Of a stretch of 64,000 nucleotides of DNA, positions 1 through 11,707 are shown piece by piece. Made by a program: the position numbers and the translations under genes. The notes under the pieces were generated by a model. The model was not told the origin of the DNA. It saw only the letters and a list, made by a program, of their open reading frames with translations, and ran no database searches. Position 1 is the stretch's first letter. Every line of letters starts with the position of its first letter. Source of the DNA: Macrostomum lignano (Eukaryota). Location of the stretch: assembly GCA_002269645.1 (NCBI GenBank), contig NIVC01000046.1:62001-126000 (forward strand). Reading direction: 5' to 3'.

Positions 1-937
1 CAGAAATCTGTGGAGCTGAATTAACATGCGAGCTGCGAAATGAGGGTCGGTGGCCATTTTTATGACCTGCATGGGCTGTGGATGGAGCATGCATGGACTG
101 GAAGCAAACCCCCTATCAGAAGCAGAAAGCCTTGGATGTTCTTCCAGTTTGCAAAGGTAGATAAAAACATCTTCAGCAGAACCTGACATGTATAATAATG
201 ACTGAAGGAGGGCCGTGTGGGGGCACCCTGACGCAGCGCCTTCAGTGACGTCATGCTGCAACCAGCGCTGACTGCAATTCTGCCTATTACGCCGACTCCT
301 GACTGAGCACATGCAAGCACGCCAATACTGTACACACAGGGTGTGGGTTGGCTTGTGGGTTGGCCCTTCATGGGTGTGAATCACACGACAAAAACCCCCG
401 ACAAATTTACACGATAACTTTACAAAACACTGCATGTCCATCATACAATCTCAGTGAAAGATGGCGACTCAAGGTTTATAAAGCAAGAGAATTCTGCAAC
501 TTATACGGAATTGGAGTGATCTATCAGGTTAGGGGCCGCAAATTTATAACTGAGCTCAAGCATTAATTAATGCTGGATTAAATCCATCCATCAATTAGCG
601 ACTCCCTAGTGACCATATAAAAGTATAAAACTGCCCTTACTTTACAGTCAGGTAAAGCTTAAAAAGGTCGTCGCCTCAGTTATTTTTAACTGAGTTAGAA
701 AGGCCTGCTTTTCCTCTCGAAACACGCAGCGAGCCAATATTTTACGCTTACCTTCATGTTAGTAGCTTACTAAATGTACGAGCGTATTCCTAAATGTATA
801 CTAAATGTAACAGGGAACTCCATCGCGTCACGTCAAAAAATGTCTTACCAATTTATATCTGACTTTATTCAGGATCGCAAGAACTGCATGTCTGGTTGGA
901 CTGCAAAAGACTGAACGGTGCGTGAAGTGAATATTAA

Positions 938-2260
938 CAGTAGGAATACCAAGCCATTTTTCCGCCCGTCGAACTACCAAGAGGGGGGGGGAAAATTCCC
1001 CCCCCCTGACAATTTTTTTTGCTGCGCCGGAACGGAGCAACGCAGACACACAAAATTCAAGAACACGGGCTAACTTTTTGTTGCGCACATTCTCAAACAA
1101 AAATCAAGTCGCCAGCCCTCCGGACCGTCAAGATATTCGACGATTCTGCCAGAAGGTCGGATTTTTCCCATAAGCGCTAGTGTATTCAGTACACCCCTGT
1201 GCGCCAATTAGCACTGCGCCTCAGTGCAGCCTTGCCAAGTCTCCAAATTTCATCAGCACGTCGACCACATGTGTCTGCATCAGCTCTGACTTCGTTGGTC
1301 ACTAGCCTTCACCCAGGCGGAGCTTCTGGACCTTCAACAGGTGGCACCAAGTGACTATGGACACTCTGATGCGAATTTCTCTAGTTTCGCCGATCAAGCC
1401 TCGACAGTAGGCAAGCCTCAACTGCCGGACACCTTCAGCTAGTCTCCTAAGCATTTAGCTATCACCCCGACGCCGTCGGCACCTTCAACAGGTGGCACCA
1501 GGGGAGTAAGGACACCTGAGCGTGATTTTTCAAAATCGAAAATCGAAAAATCGAATTATTCGAAAAGCTGTTTAGTTTATTCAACTATAATATTGAACCC
1601 AATTTTTATGCAGAAAGGGTTATGCTTTTAAGAAGCCAGTAAATTCAATCGGTTTTTTATTTTTTAATGATTCAGAAATGTTAAGAGCATGATGAAAAAT
1701 CACGCTCAGGTGTCCTTACTCCCCTGGTGCCACCTGTTGAAGGTGCCGACGGCGTCGGGGTGATGGCTAAATGCTTAGGGGACTAGCTGAAGGTGTCCGG
1801 CAGTTGAGGCTTGCCTACTGTCGAGGCTTGATCGGCGAAACTAGAGAAATTCGCATCAGGGTTTCCATAGTCACTTGGTGTCATCTGTTGAAGGTCCAGA
1901 AGCTCCGCCTGGGTGAAGGCTAGTGACCAACGAAGTCAGAGCTGATGCAGACACATGTGGTCGACGTGCTGATGAAATTTGGAGACTTGGCAAGGCTGCA
2001 CTGAGGCGCAGTGCTAATTGGCGCACAGGGGTGTACTGAATACACTAGCGCTTATGGGAAAAATCCGACCTTCTGGCAGAATCGTCGAATATCTCGACGG
2101 TCCGGAGGGCTGGCGACTTGATTTTTGTTTGAGAATGTGCGCTACAAAAAGTTAGCCCGTGTTCTTGAATTTTGTGTGCCTGCGTTGCTCCGTTCCGGCG
2201 CAGCAAAAAAAATTGTCAGGGGGGGGGGGAAATTTCCCCCCCCCCTTGGTAGTTCTACTG
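938..2260. mobile_element. Non-autonomous foldback/long-TIR DNA element (arms of about 560 bp, 160-bp spacer) flanked by TTAA
   Basis: 971-1532 is the near-perfect reverse complement of 1693-2255. Termini are CAGTAG (938) and CTACTG (2260), with TTAA at 934-937 and 2261-2264. The left end has a short internal duplication (GGAATACCAAG...GAACTACCAAG). No transposase. Confidence 0.8.
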
Positions 2261-3438
2261 TTAACTTCTCTGGAATGCTTGACAAATTTAATTTAACAAA
2301 AGCAACAACCAACCTTTGATGCTTTGATGGATACCTAGGCCTAAGCCTCATGATATCAATACTCATATAGAACTATATATGAAAGGCCTAGCTCCTATCA
2401 AAAGCAATAATAATTTTTGTTCTGAAAAGATGGAAACTTCCATTCTAAGTAATGTATTTTTCGATAAAACCTGCCTCTATATTATTTGTTTTCCAAGCAA
2501 CAGTCCTCGATAGCCCGACCTTGCGGTTCCATGCGTAGCCATGCACATTCATTTGGGAAGATCTACATGTATACGCCAATGAAAGGTCAAATCCCCAAAC
2601 ACAGAGTGCGGCCAACTTCAAAGGACAAGGAAAAGGGACAAAAGACCCCCAGAGTGAGTATTCAAACAATCGTTACAATCCGTTAAATTGTATGAAAAAA
2701 GTTTCTCGAAAACATAACATTGTCTACATACGTCTGCATCGAAAACCAGCCCCTAGCCTCAAGTTCACGCGATCTTTGAGAGTGCTAGTGACGCACATCC
2801 ATGAACTCGACATTCAAGCAACTGTGTGAATATTTTAGCCGCGAATACTGACTCACAGCCGAATTCCCAAGTGATTCAGTCCGGTAAACCTGTAGCTGTA
2901 GAGCCTCAGACTTCTCATTTCGTTACTAATTCATGAGATCCGACCGAACAGATATCATTTTTTAACCAAAAAATATGTTGCACACCAAAACCTGCTCACA
3001 ATTCTTTACACAGGCCCGGATGGATCGTATTAAACAAAGCTGACGACGATAAAACAAAAAATACGCTTGGATTTTATTTCGCTTTCTGGTTCTGTGGCGG
3101 GCGATAATTTGCGTTTTCGACTTCAAAAAAATTGCATAATTTTTGCATATAAATTTTCAAGCACGATTCCCAATGAATGCAAACGCCATGTACTGCTTAG
3201 AATTAACAAATTCCAAAAGGTGTGCCGTCTTACACTCAATTAAATCCATTGTGCATGGAAATTCGCTGCAATCAATATTTAACAGGTCTAACAGTGTTAA
3301 GATTTTCGATGCTTTAAAAGTCCCTCATTGCGATCCAGTTACATAAAAATATACCAGTATTACAAATTTCTGATAAAATTGTACTGATAAATAAACTCAG
3401 AGGGTTTACTAGGGGTTATCAAAAATACAGCTGTTGTC

Positions 3439-3439
3439 C

Positions 3440-3508
<69 letters not shown>

Positions 3509-3580
3509 GTCAGACAGACAGACAGACAGACAGACAGACAGTCAGACAGACAGACAGACAGACAGACAGACAGGCAGACA
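3439..3580. repeat. (AGAC)n microsatellite
   Basis: Direct reading; lies immediately 3' of the EF-hand gene stop codon. Confidence 0.97.
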
Positions 3581-3583
3581 GGC

Positions 3584-4933
3584 TCAGCCAAACGCGGTGT
3601 CAAAAACCCCAGCCTCCGGCAGCACAGCTGCCAGCTTGTCCATCGCGAAGGCGATGAACTCCTCTCTCGTCAGTGCCGCTGAGCTGCCAACGCCGGACTC
3701 TTCGAAATCGACGATTTCCTCGTCGGTTGTTGTCACCGTCCCAACCGTTGCCGTCGTTCCGGACGTCACTCCACTGCGGCCGACAGCCGCTACGTCGGCG
3801 GCTTCGTTCAGCAGCCGGTCGGCCAGGCGTCCCGGACTGTCCGGTCGCAGAGGCGGCTGGGCCAGCTCGCAGCAGCAGAGATCCAGCACCGCGGCGGAGA
3901 CGGACAGGCAGTCCTGACGCGACACTCGACCGTCGCAGTCGACGTCGTACAGGCGGAACAGCCACTCGGCCTGGTCGCGGCGGCTGCCTCGAGTAAGCAT
4001 TGCAAGAGATTTGAGCAGCTCCTCAACAGAAACACAACCGTCCGAGTCATTGTCCATCGTGTTGAACACGTAGTGCGAGAACAGCGTGGCGTTACCGGTG
4101 GGGAACAGCTGGCACATTGCGTCAGTGAACTGACGACGCCGCACCTGGCCAGACGGACAGTGCTGCTTGAGGCGACGGTACAAGATCTTTAATTCGCCGA
4201 TGGAGAAGCCGGTTCGTCGCGACAGAGTCTGGATACTCGACGGACGTTGCCCGAGTGTGTATTGGTGCTGATGCTGATGCTGCAGCTGGTGCAGCTGCTG
4301 ATAGCGCTGTTGTTGCTGCTGCTGACGCCGTCTCGAGCTGGACGTGAACTCAGCCACTGGTTGGAGACACCACCGGCACAGGCTCAGCAGTCGACTCAGA
4401 ATGCCGTTGGCGGACGGTGTAGAAATACCCTCTGCATCAGCAGCGGTGTACACAGAGGCCAAGGACGCGGTACCTTTAGGTGCATCGTCCAACTCGGACT
4501 GGCTCAGCATTCCTGTCTTCATCTCGGCAACGTTGCACGCTGAGGTCGATGCCAGACGCTCCTGTTGAATTGCCTCGGCCATTTCCTCCGGTAGGCGCTC
4601 CAATGACAGTCGAATGCCGGACGACTGCATCAGGGAGACAATAGAAGGACGTCTCTGTCGGTAGCTGCGCCTTTGCCACTCGATCTCGAGTTTTGAGTCA
4701 TCATCGACGTCACAATGCGTGTCATCCTGTGTTGGCAAATGCAGGTCGTCGGTACCCTCGCCATTGCTGCTTCCAGTGCAAACAGTCGCTGCGCAGGTTG
4801 CAGGCTGGGCAGAAAAGCTACAGCAGCTCTGGCGCCGACGCAAAACAGTGGGGTAGCAGCGACGCTGTGGAAGATTTGCTGCGCTTAAAATCTGGCAATC
4901 CGGTGATTGTTTTTTCTGATAGCCTTCCGTCAT
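3584..4933 (-). CDS. KChIP/calsenilin-like neuronal calcium sensor (EF-hand) protein, single coding exon, 449 aa
   Basis: Shows NCS-family motifs: ELKILYRRLKQHCPSG (EF1 CPxG), FNTMDNDSDGCVSVEE (EF2), WLFRLYDVDCDGRVSRQD (EF3) and LTREEF (EF4 remnant). ATG at 4933 lies 13 nt after an acceptor TTATTTTAG; TGA at 3584-3586. Confidence 0.88.
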   Translation of the reverse strand: MTEGYQKKQSPDCQILSAANLPQRRCYPTVLRRRQSCCSFSAQPATCAATVCTGSSNGEGTDDLHLPTQDDTHCDVDDDSKLEIEWQRRSYRQRRPSIVSLMQSSGIRLSLERLPEEMAEAIQQERLASTSACNVAEMKTGMLSQSELDDAPKGTASLASVYTAADAEGISTPSANGILSRLLSLCRWCLQPVAEFTSSSRRRQQQQQQRYQQLHQLQHQHQHQYTLGQRPSSIQTLSRRTGFSIGELKILYRRLKQHCPSGQVRRRQFTDAMCQLFPTGNATLFSHYVFNTMDNDSDGCVSVEELLKSLAMLTRGSRRDQAEWLFRLYDVDCDGRVSRQDCLSVSAAVLDLCCCELAQPPLRPDSPGRLADRLLNEAADVAAVGRSGVTSGTTATVGTVTTTDEEIVDFEESGVGSSAALTREEFIAFAMDKLAAVLPEAGVFDTAFG

Positions 4934-6669
4934 TTCTACAACGATCCTAAAATAATCTGCGCAGATAAAACTTAATAACAATTTTCTGTTGCGGTTAAAC
5001 TGAACGATTCCTTTGTTGTTATCTTTGCGTGGTTTATTAAAGGACGCTTCAGGATTTTTATGGAAAAAAATCCATAAAAAATACTTAGTGTCTCGAGCAC
5101 GCTTTTAAGCTGTAGTTGACAATTTTTTATGCATTTTAGCTGAATATAGACATGGTTTTATGCATGACTTTTATACAATTAGCCGTCTTATAATTTGTTT
5201 AAAAGCTGAGACTATTTTAAAGTATACTTTTTTGGGCATTTTTCTCGCGTCGACTACGCGAGATCAGACGATGATGATGCAACTGCAAGTTGCAATTTGA
5301 AGAGAGAATTATGACTAATGAGTATGACTTAGATATCTATAATCTATAGGACCCTAGTCATTGCCATGATCTTGATATATATTTAGAATTATCAGCTAGA
5401 TTCAACATTTTTGGCTTACTTTGGCGAAAAATACTGGTGTTGTGTTGTGATATTGTATTATTGTCTTGTCGTCAGACTCGTCACTTGATCTAAAATGACA
5501 AAAACAGTTACTACTAATATTCATAATAATACTAGGCCTACTAATTTTTGAGCAAACTAGCAATCTAGTGCACAAAGCAAAATACTAAAATAGGCCAGGG
5601 CAATGGCAAGTTAGGAGGGATAGAGGTTGGCTAAGGCAAGGGCCTAGGTCAAGATAGTATAGCCATAGGGTAATAGGGCCTAGGGTGAGAAGAAAGATAG
5701 GATAAGGGCAAGGCATATGATATAGGCTTAGATAGAGTAGGAAAGTAGTATAGAACCATGGAGGGTAAGATGGTTGGTTAAGTTAAAAACATTTAGGCTT
5801 ATATTTGTTTTAATATAATACTAGGCCCTATTTAATATAGGCCAAGGATTAGGAAGACTAAGTTAATAAATGACACAGTTCATAATAGGCCTAATATCCT
5901 AAGGCAATCTCATAGCCTAGCTTAGCCTACTTTGTGGATAAAATTATTTTCTTGTTTTTTTATTTCATTTCTAGGCCAAAAACTAAAAAGTTGATAAGTG
6001 TTTGATAAATCTATTTTTAGACTTATTTTATTTAATTAAATTTTTATAGAATAGAGCCTACTTATTTTTACTATAGATGCATGGTTGGAGCCTTAAGGCC
6101 TAGAGCCAAGATACAATCTTTATGGGGCCCTAACTATTTTGGAACAAATTTGTATGCAATTTTTTGTATAATTTTTATTTACCTTAAATAAATATATAAG
6201 TTTTTGGTACCTAAATTTTATAAGCAAGTGTTTTAAGCTTTTTATGCAATCTATTAATAAAGAAATCTATTTAAACATTACAACTCAATAGGCCTAACTT
6301 TGTTTTATATGTAACAAGTATAAGTCTTATATAGTTGAATTGAAAACCATGCTCTGGATCACATAGTATAGTATAGGCCTATGCCTAAACATTTGGGTAT
6401 GCATTAGCCTTGCAATCAAAAATAAGCATACACAATGTAGAGCCCTGATTCAAATAGTTCATTAGATTCAAAATATGAATCCAGTAAAGATACAAGCTGT
6501 TAAAGCCCATAGATTTTAATACCACTAAAGTTTAATTCATAGAACAATCTTTTTATAGCCTAGATTCTTAAATTTGAAGTCATTCTCAATTAAAAACTTG
6601 TTAACAGTTAGGAAGAAGGCAAAGTTAAGAGTTAATACATGTTAAATTAAGATTTAAGGCCTTTATAAT

Positions 6670-7280
6670 GTTTTTCCTCTTCTCAATATTTTTATCTGTC
6701 TTTTTTTCTTTTCTCTTATCCCCTATCCTTTTTTCTCTTATTTTCCTCTCCTCTCTTATCTCTTCTCTCTCCTCTTCTCTCTTTCTATTCTAATCTCTCA
6801 TCTTATCTTTCCTCTCTAATTTCCTATTTTCTCTTTCTTCTTTTCTCTATTCTCTTCACTCTCCTCTCATATCCTCTCTTATCTTATCTACTTTTTTTCT
6901 CCTTTCTTCTTTTCTCTCTTCTCTCTTCTTTCCTCTTTCATCTTTTCTGATCTTATCTATCATCTCATCTCCTCTCTTTCTTCTTATCTCTTCTTCTCTC
7001 TTATCTCTTTCATCCCTCACTTAGCTTTTCTCTCTTCTTTTATCCTTTCTCCTATCACATTGCTTGCTTCTCTGTTTGCTCATCTCTAATCTTCTATTTC
7101 CTCTCCTTTGAAGTAAGAAAATTTGCTCACATTTTTGCTGAAGATAAAAGGATAGAAGAGGGCATTGAGGAAAAAGGGTAGAAAGAAAAAGGGAGAAAGG
7201 AGAGGGGAAAAGAGAAGGAAAAGGGGAGAGAAAAGAGGGGAGAGAAAGTAGAGAAGGGAGAGAGAAGAAAGTTGAAGAGA
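6670..7280. repeat. Low-complexity CT-rich tract (about 6670-7100) followed by AG-rich tract (about 7140-7280)
   Basis: Base composition read directly. Confidence 0.85.
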
Positions 7281-8030
7281 CACCAACCTTTCTAATTAGG
7301 AAGTTTCAAAGAACCCAAGGGGCAAGGGCTAGATAGAGGGACTTCGTAAGCTAGGGTTTGCTGACCCTTGCTCAAAAGTTTAAGAAATCAATGGGAAACT
7401 ATTGGCATAGGCTGCTGACTTACTTAATCCTTTTTGCAAATTAGTTGCTTCTTTTGCGACTTACCTAATCATTTGTGCAACTTAATTTGCTTTTGTTGCA
7501 ACTTGTTTTTCTTTTGCTTTACCATTTCTATTTCCTTGGTTTCTTGGCTTTTTGTTTTTGATCAACTTAATTTTGCAACTTACCCTGGTCTACCACAATT
7601 TATAGTAGCCAGATGGGCCAGGTTGGCCAGCAGTTGCACATGCATACACATTTTCACATTGGCTATTCAATTTACTTTTTAATTAAAAAATGATAGAACA
7701 AAGCTGTCTATACAGTTATTAGGGCATCAACATATTCTTTTTTAGATTTGTCCCAATAAGGCTTGTTTGCTTTTGTGTCAGTAGTAAACTAGTAGTAGTA
7801 AGAACATTTTAAAATCTTTTTTTGACACTAATTGACAGAGACTGCTAGCCTAGCTTGCAGCTCTTAGGGGCGGACACTTTAAAAGAAATATGAATCACAC
7901 GTAATCTACCTTGTCAATTGTCAACTGTATTGACAAAAACTTATGCATTCCAGCAGTTTTGTCAGGTTTCTTTGAGAGAGCATCAGAGAACATACCGAAG
8001 CATATATTAGAGACCGCTAGCTGCGTTGCC

Positions 8031-8184
8031 ATGGAAACTGACCGGCCTCATTCTCCTACTGTGCCAGCCGAGCGGGTGAATCTTCGTCTGCTGCTGGTCA
8101 CCGGGGAGACGCACAATTTCCTGTTCAATCCTGACGATTGCGCGGAGGAGATCACGGAGTTCGTGTACAACAACTGGCCGGAAG
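8031..8184 (+). CDS. UBL3: Ubiquitin-like protein 3 (membrane-anchored Ub-fold), exon 1 of 3
   Basis: METDRPHSPTVPAERVNLRLLLVTGETHNFLFNPDDCAEEITEFVYNNWPE matches UBL3 INLRLILVSGKTKEFLFSPND..VYDNWP; GT donor at 8185, phase 1. Confidence 0.93.
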
Positions 8185-8289
8185 GTGCGGGGGCTGTCTG
8201 GTTTTATTGCTTTTTCTTAGACTGATTTATGTTGCCTTATGTGCTGAGGAATATGTTCAGTTTTTCTGGTCTATAGTTGCTAGGTAGGG

Positions 8290-8785
8290 CCCGCTTAGAT
8301 CCTCAGTTACTGGGCCAGCCTCCCAGATCTCTAGTTGCTAGGCCAGCCTCCCAGATCCTCAGTTGCTGGGCCAGCCTCCCAGATCCTCGGTTGCTAGGCC
8401 AGCCTCCCAGATCCTCAGTTGCTGGGCCAGCCTCCCAGGTCCTCGGTTGCTAGGCCAGCCTTCCAGATCCTCAGTTTCTGGGCCAGCCCCCCAGAGCCTC
8501 AGTTGCTGAGCCAGCCTCCCAGATCCTCAGTTGCTGGGCCAGCCTTCCAGATCCTCAGTTGCTGGGCCAGTCTCCCAGATCAGTTGCTGGGCCAGCCTCC
8601 CAGATCTCCAGTTGCTAGGCCAGCCTCCCAGATCTCCAGTTGCTAGGCCAGCCTCGCAGATCCTCAGTTGCTGGGCCAGCCTCCCATATCCTCAGTTGCT
8701 GGGCCAGTCTCCCAGATCAGTTGGTGGGCCAGCCTCCCAGATTCTCGGTTGCCATGCCAGCCTCCCAGATCTTCAGTTGCTGGGT
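8290..8785. repeat. 28-bp minisatellite (GTTGCTGGGCCAGCCTCCCAGATCCTCA) in UBL3 intron 1
   Basis: Period 28 read directly; same unit at 33040-33870. Confidence 0.95.
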
Positions 8786-8852
8786 CATCGTAACTGCATG
8801 CACGTCTGCCGGTGTCTATCAGTGATAGCTGTCTAACAATTCCCCACTGCAG

Positions 8853-9017
8853 ATTGGTCTGAGGTGCCTCGTCCGGCATCCAACATTCTGCGCCTCATCT
8901 ACCAGGGCCGGTTTCTGCATCGCAGCGTCACGCTAGCGGCGCTGCGGTTGCCAGTCGGCAAAACCACCGTCATGCATTTAGTTGCTAGGGACACGGCGCC
9001 AGAGCCGCACAGAGAGG
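8853..9017 (+). CDS. UBL3: UBL3 exon 2 of 3
   Basis: CTGCAG acceptor; DWSEVPRPASNILRLIYQGRFLHRSVTLAALRLPVGKTTVMHLVARDTAPEP matches the UBL3 core NILRLIYQGRFLH..KTTVMHLVAR; GTAAG donor. Confidence 0.96.
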
Positions 9018-9077
9018 GTAAGTTGATGATGGCTTTGTATGCTGCTGTTTTCGGTCTGACGCTCCTGTCACTCTGGC

Positions 9078-9800
9078 ACTCGGTCACTCACTCCAGCACT
9101 CACACGGTCACTCTAGAGCTCGCTCACTCACTCCAGCACTCACACGGTCACTCTAGCACTCGCTCACTCACTCCAGCACTCACACGGTCACTCTAGCACT
9201 CGCTCACTCACTCCAGCACTCACACAGTCACTATAGAACTCGCTCACTCACTCCAGCACTCACACGGTCACTCTAGCACTCGCTCATTCACTCTAGCACT
9301 CACACAGTCACTCTAGCACTCGCTCACTCACTCCAGCACTCACACGGTCACTCTAGCACTCACCCAGTCACTCTAGCACTCACACAGTCACTCTAGCACT
9401 CACACGGTCACTCTAGCATTCCCCCAGTCACTCCAGCACTCACACAGTCACTCTAGCACTCACCCAGTCACTCTAGAACTCACACAGTCTCTCTAGCACT
9501 CACAAAGTCACTCTAGCACTCGCTCACTCACTCCAGAACTCACACGGTCACTCTAGCACTCGCTCATTCACTCCAGCACTCACACGGTCACTCTAGCACT
9601 CGCTCATTCACTCCAGCACTCACACGGTCACTCTAGCATTCCCCCAGTCACTCCAGAACTCGCTCACTCACTCTAGCACTCACACAGTCACTCTAGCACT
9701 CACACGGTCACTCTAGCACTCGCTCACTCACTCCAGCACTCACACGGTCACTCTAGTGCTCGTTCAGTCAAACACTCGCTCAGTCAGTCTAGCACTCAGT
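9078..9800. repeat. 20/40-bp minisatellite (CACTCTAGCACTCACACAGT) in UBL3 intron 2
   Basis: Tandem periodicity read directly. Confidence 0.93.
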
Positions 9801-10134
9801 CAGTTTGGTCATTTATTTTCAGTCATTGTAACTGAGTCATTTAAATATTCATAATATTCTAGCTAGTCATTATGCTGTGCGCCGGCGAAGATCCCAGTGT
9901 TTCATCTCACGCATCCCTTGATCAGCAAAGCGCAGTTTTCCCTGCTCAACTCAACAGCTTCTACAGTCTCTTGCTTATCTGTCTGCACATAAATAATTAA
10001 TCAGCATCCAGGCACAGCCCTCAAAGGCCCATTGCTGTGTTTTCCTAGAAGCTAGAATGCAATGTTTGCCAAGCAGTAGTTCAATAGAACTACACGTAAT
10101 CAAACAGATTAAAACAGTCTTAATGAGAATCTTA

Positions 10135-10181
<47 letters not shown>

Positions 10182-10338
10182 CATCTATCTATTTATCTCT
10201 TTATCTATCTATTTATGTATCTATCTATCTATCTATCTATCCATCTATCTATCTATCTATATATGTAGCTATATATGTAGCTATCTCTCTATCTATCTGT
10301 CCATTTATGTTTCTATCTATCTATCCATCTATCTATCC

Positions 10339-10403
<65 letters not shown>

Positions 10404-10441
10404 CAGTATCTATCTATCTATCTATCTATCTATCCATCTAT

Positions 10442-10490
<49 letters not shown>

Positions 10491-10519
10491 CATCTATCTC
10501 TCTATCTATCTATCTATCC

Positions 10520-10566
<47 letters not shown>

Positions 10567-10576
10567 CATCTATCTC

Positions 10577-10625
<49 letters not shown>

Positions 10626-10672
10626 GTATCTATCTATCTATCAATCCATTTATCTATCTATCTATCTATCTA
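10135..10672. repeat. (TATC)n microsatellite in UBL3 intron 2
   Basis: Direct reading. Confidence 0.97.
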
Positions 10673-10746
10673 GATTAAAGAGAATAGACTCAATAAAATT
10701 TTACTGTGAAATAATGCCCCCCCCCCGATGTACTGTAAATTTACAG

Positions 10747-10820
10747 GTGAAAACCGTCGCGGCAAGAATGGCGACTCGGGCTGTTGCTGCGGCTGCACCT
10801 GCTGCTGCAACGTACTGTAA
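10747..10820 (+). CDS. UBL3: UBL3 exon 3 of 3 (CaaX tail); total 130 aa
   Basis: TTACAG acceptor, phase 1; GENRRGKNGDSGCCCGCTCCCNVL* ends in a CaaX box like UBL3 CCVIL; exon sum 393 nt is in frame. Confidence 0.92.
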
Positions 10821-11707
10821 AGTCAGTACATCATTTTGCCTATTCAAGCAGGTATATTGATAAGCTTTTCAAAGACTTTACCTAATGGACAACTGCAGTA
10901 ATAGGAGGCTGCCCTAGCAAATTTTTGTTATGGTTTCTTCTCGAACTGCGCAGTACTTAATGGGGTTTGGCCATAGACATATTTGGTTGTGAAAAATACA
11001 CTAAAGAGCCCCGAGAGCCTCGTAATTTGTCTATGGCCAAACCTTATTTATACAACGCTGCGCTGGTCTCCCTCCAGTTGGAATTTAATGAAAAGAGAAT
11101 TTACTATAACCTTTTCAACCTAATATAGTGTAGCTTTTTCCTGCTTTAGTTGTCTGTGGTCTTGCAGTTGAACAAATATTGTTTACAATCTATAATAATG
11201 ATTTAAAACATTTCTACAGCTGCTAAAAAAGAGATTATGAAAAAAAATCGAATTGTAAATTGTTTTTGTCACAGGAAGCTTCAACTTGTGTCTGTTTCTA
11301 ATGTTGCAGAATTATTAATCAATTTTAGGTACACAAATCTTATTCAATTTGTCGTTTATTCTATCTACTACTGTTTCCATCTGGATTCCTAGTAGGATGT
11401 ATTGCGTTTTTTGTGTCATTTCCTAAGCAAATCTGCCTTTTATATCATTGTGTGTTCTTTTGAGGGGAAACGAGAGTCAGTTTTGAAGTTTTTTGTTCTG
11501 CATTGTGACTGCTTGATCAATTATTCAACAATAATGCAATATTGTATATTTGTCAATATATTAGTCTATGTTGCCCTGTGTGTTCTCATTAAATATTTTT
11601 ATTTTGTTTTACCATCGCTTGAATTACTCTCTTTTGAGCGAGGGAAGTCTTACGAAGCAATTGCGGATAAACTAGAACTCTTACACATACTGTACATTAT
11701 ATAATTA

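Noticed and set aside
60-566. Short ORFs 60-371 (-) and 348-566 (+)
   Set aside because: No recognisable domain or splice support.
3597-4950. Overlapping alternative-frame and antisense ORFs over the KChIP gene (likewise over SUDS3 exon 2, the LINE and PDE8)
   Set aside because: Shadow ORFs of GC-rich coding sequence.
10057-10860. Long ORFs in tandem arrays ([37 protein letters not shown] and others)
   Set aside because: Translations of stop-free repeat units lying in introns or spacers; no evidence of coding.
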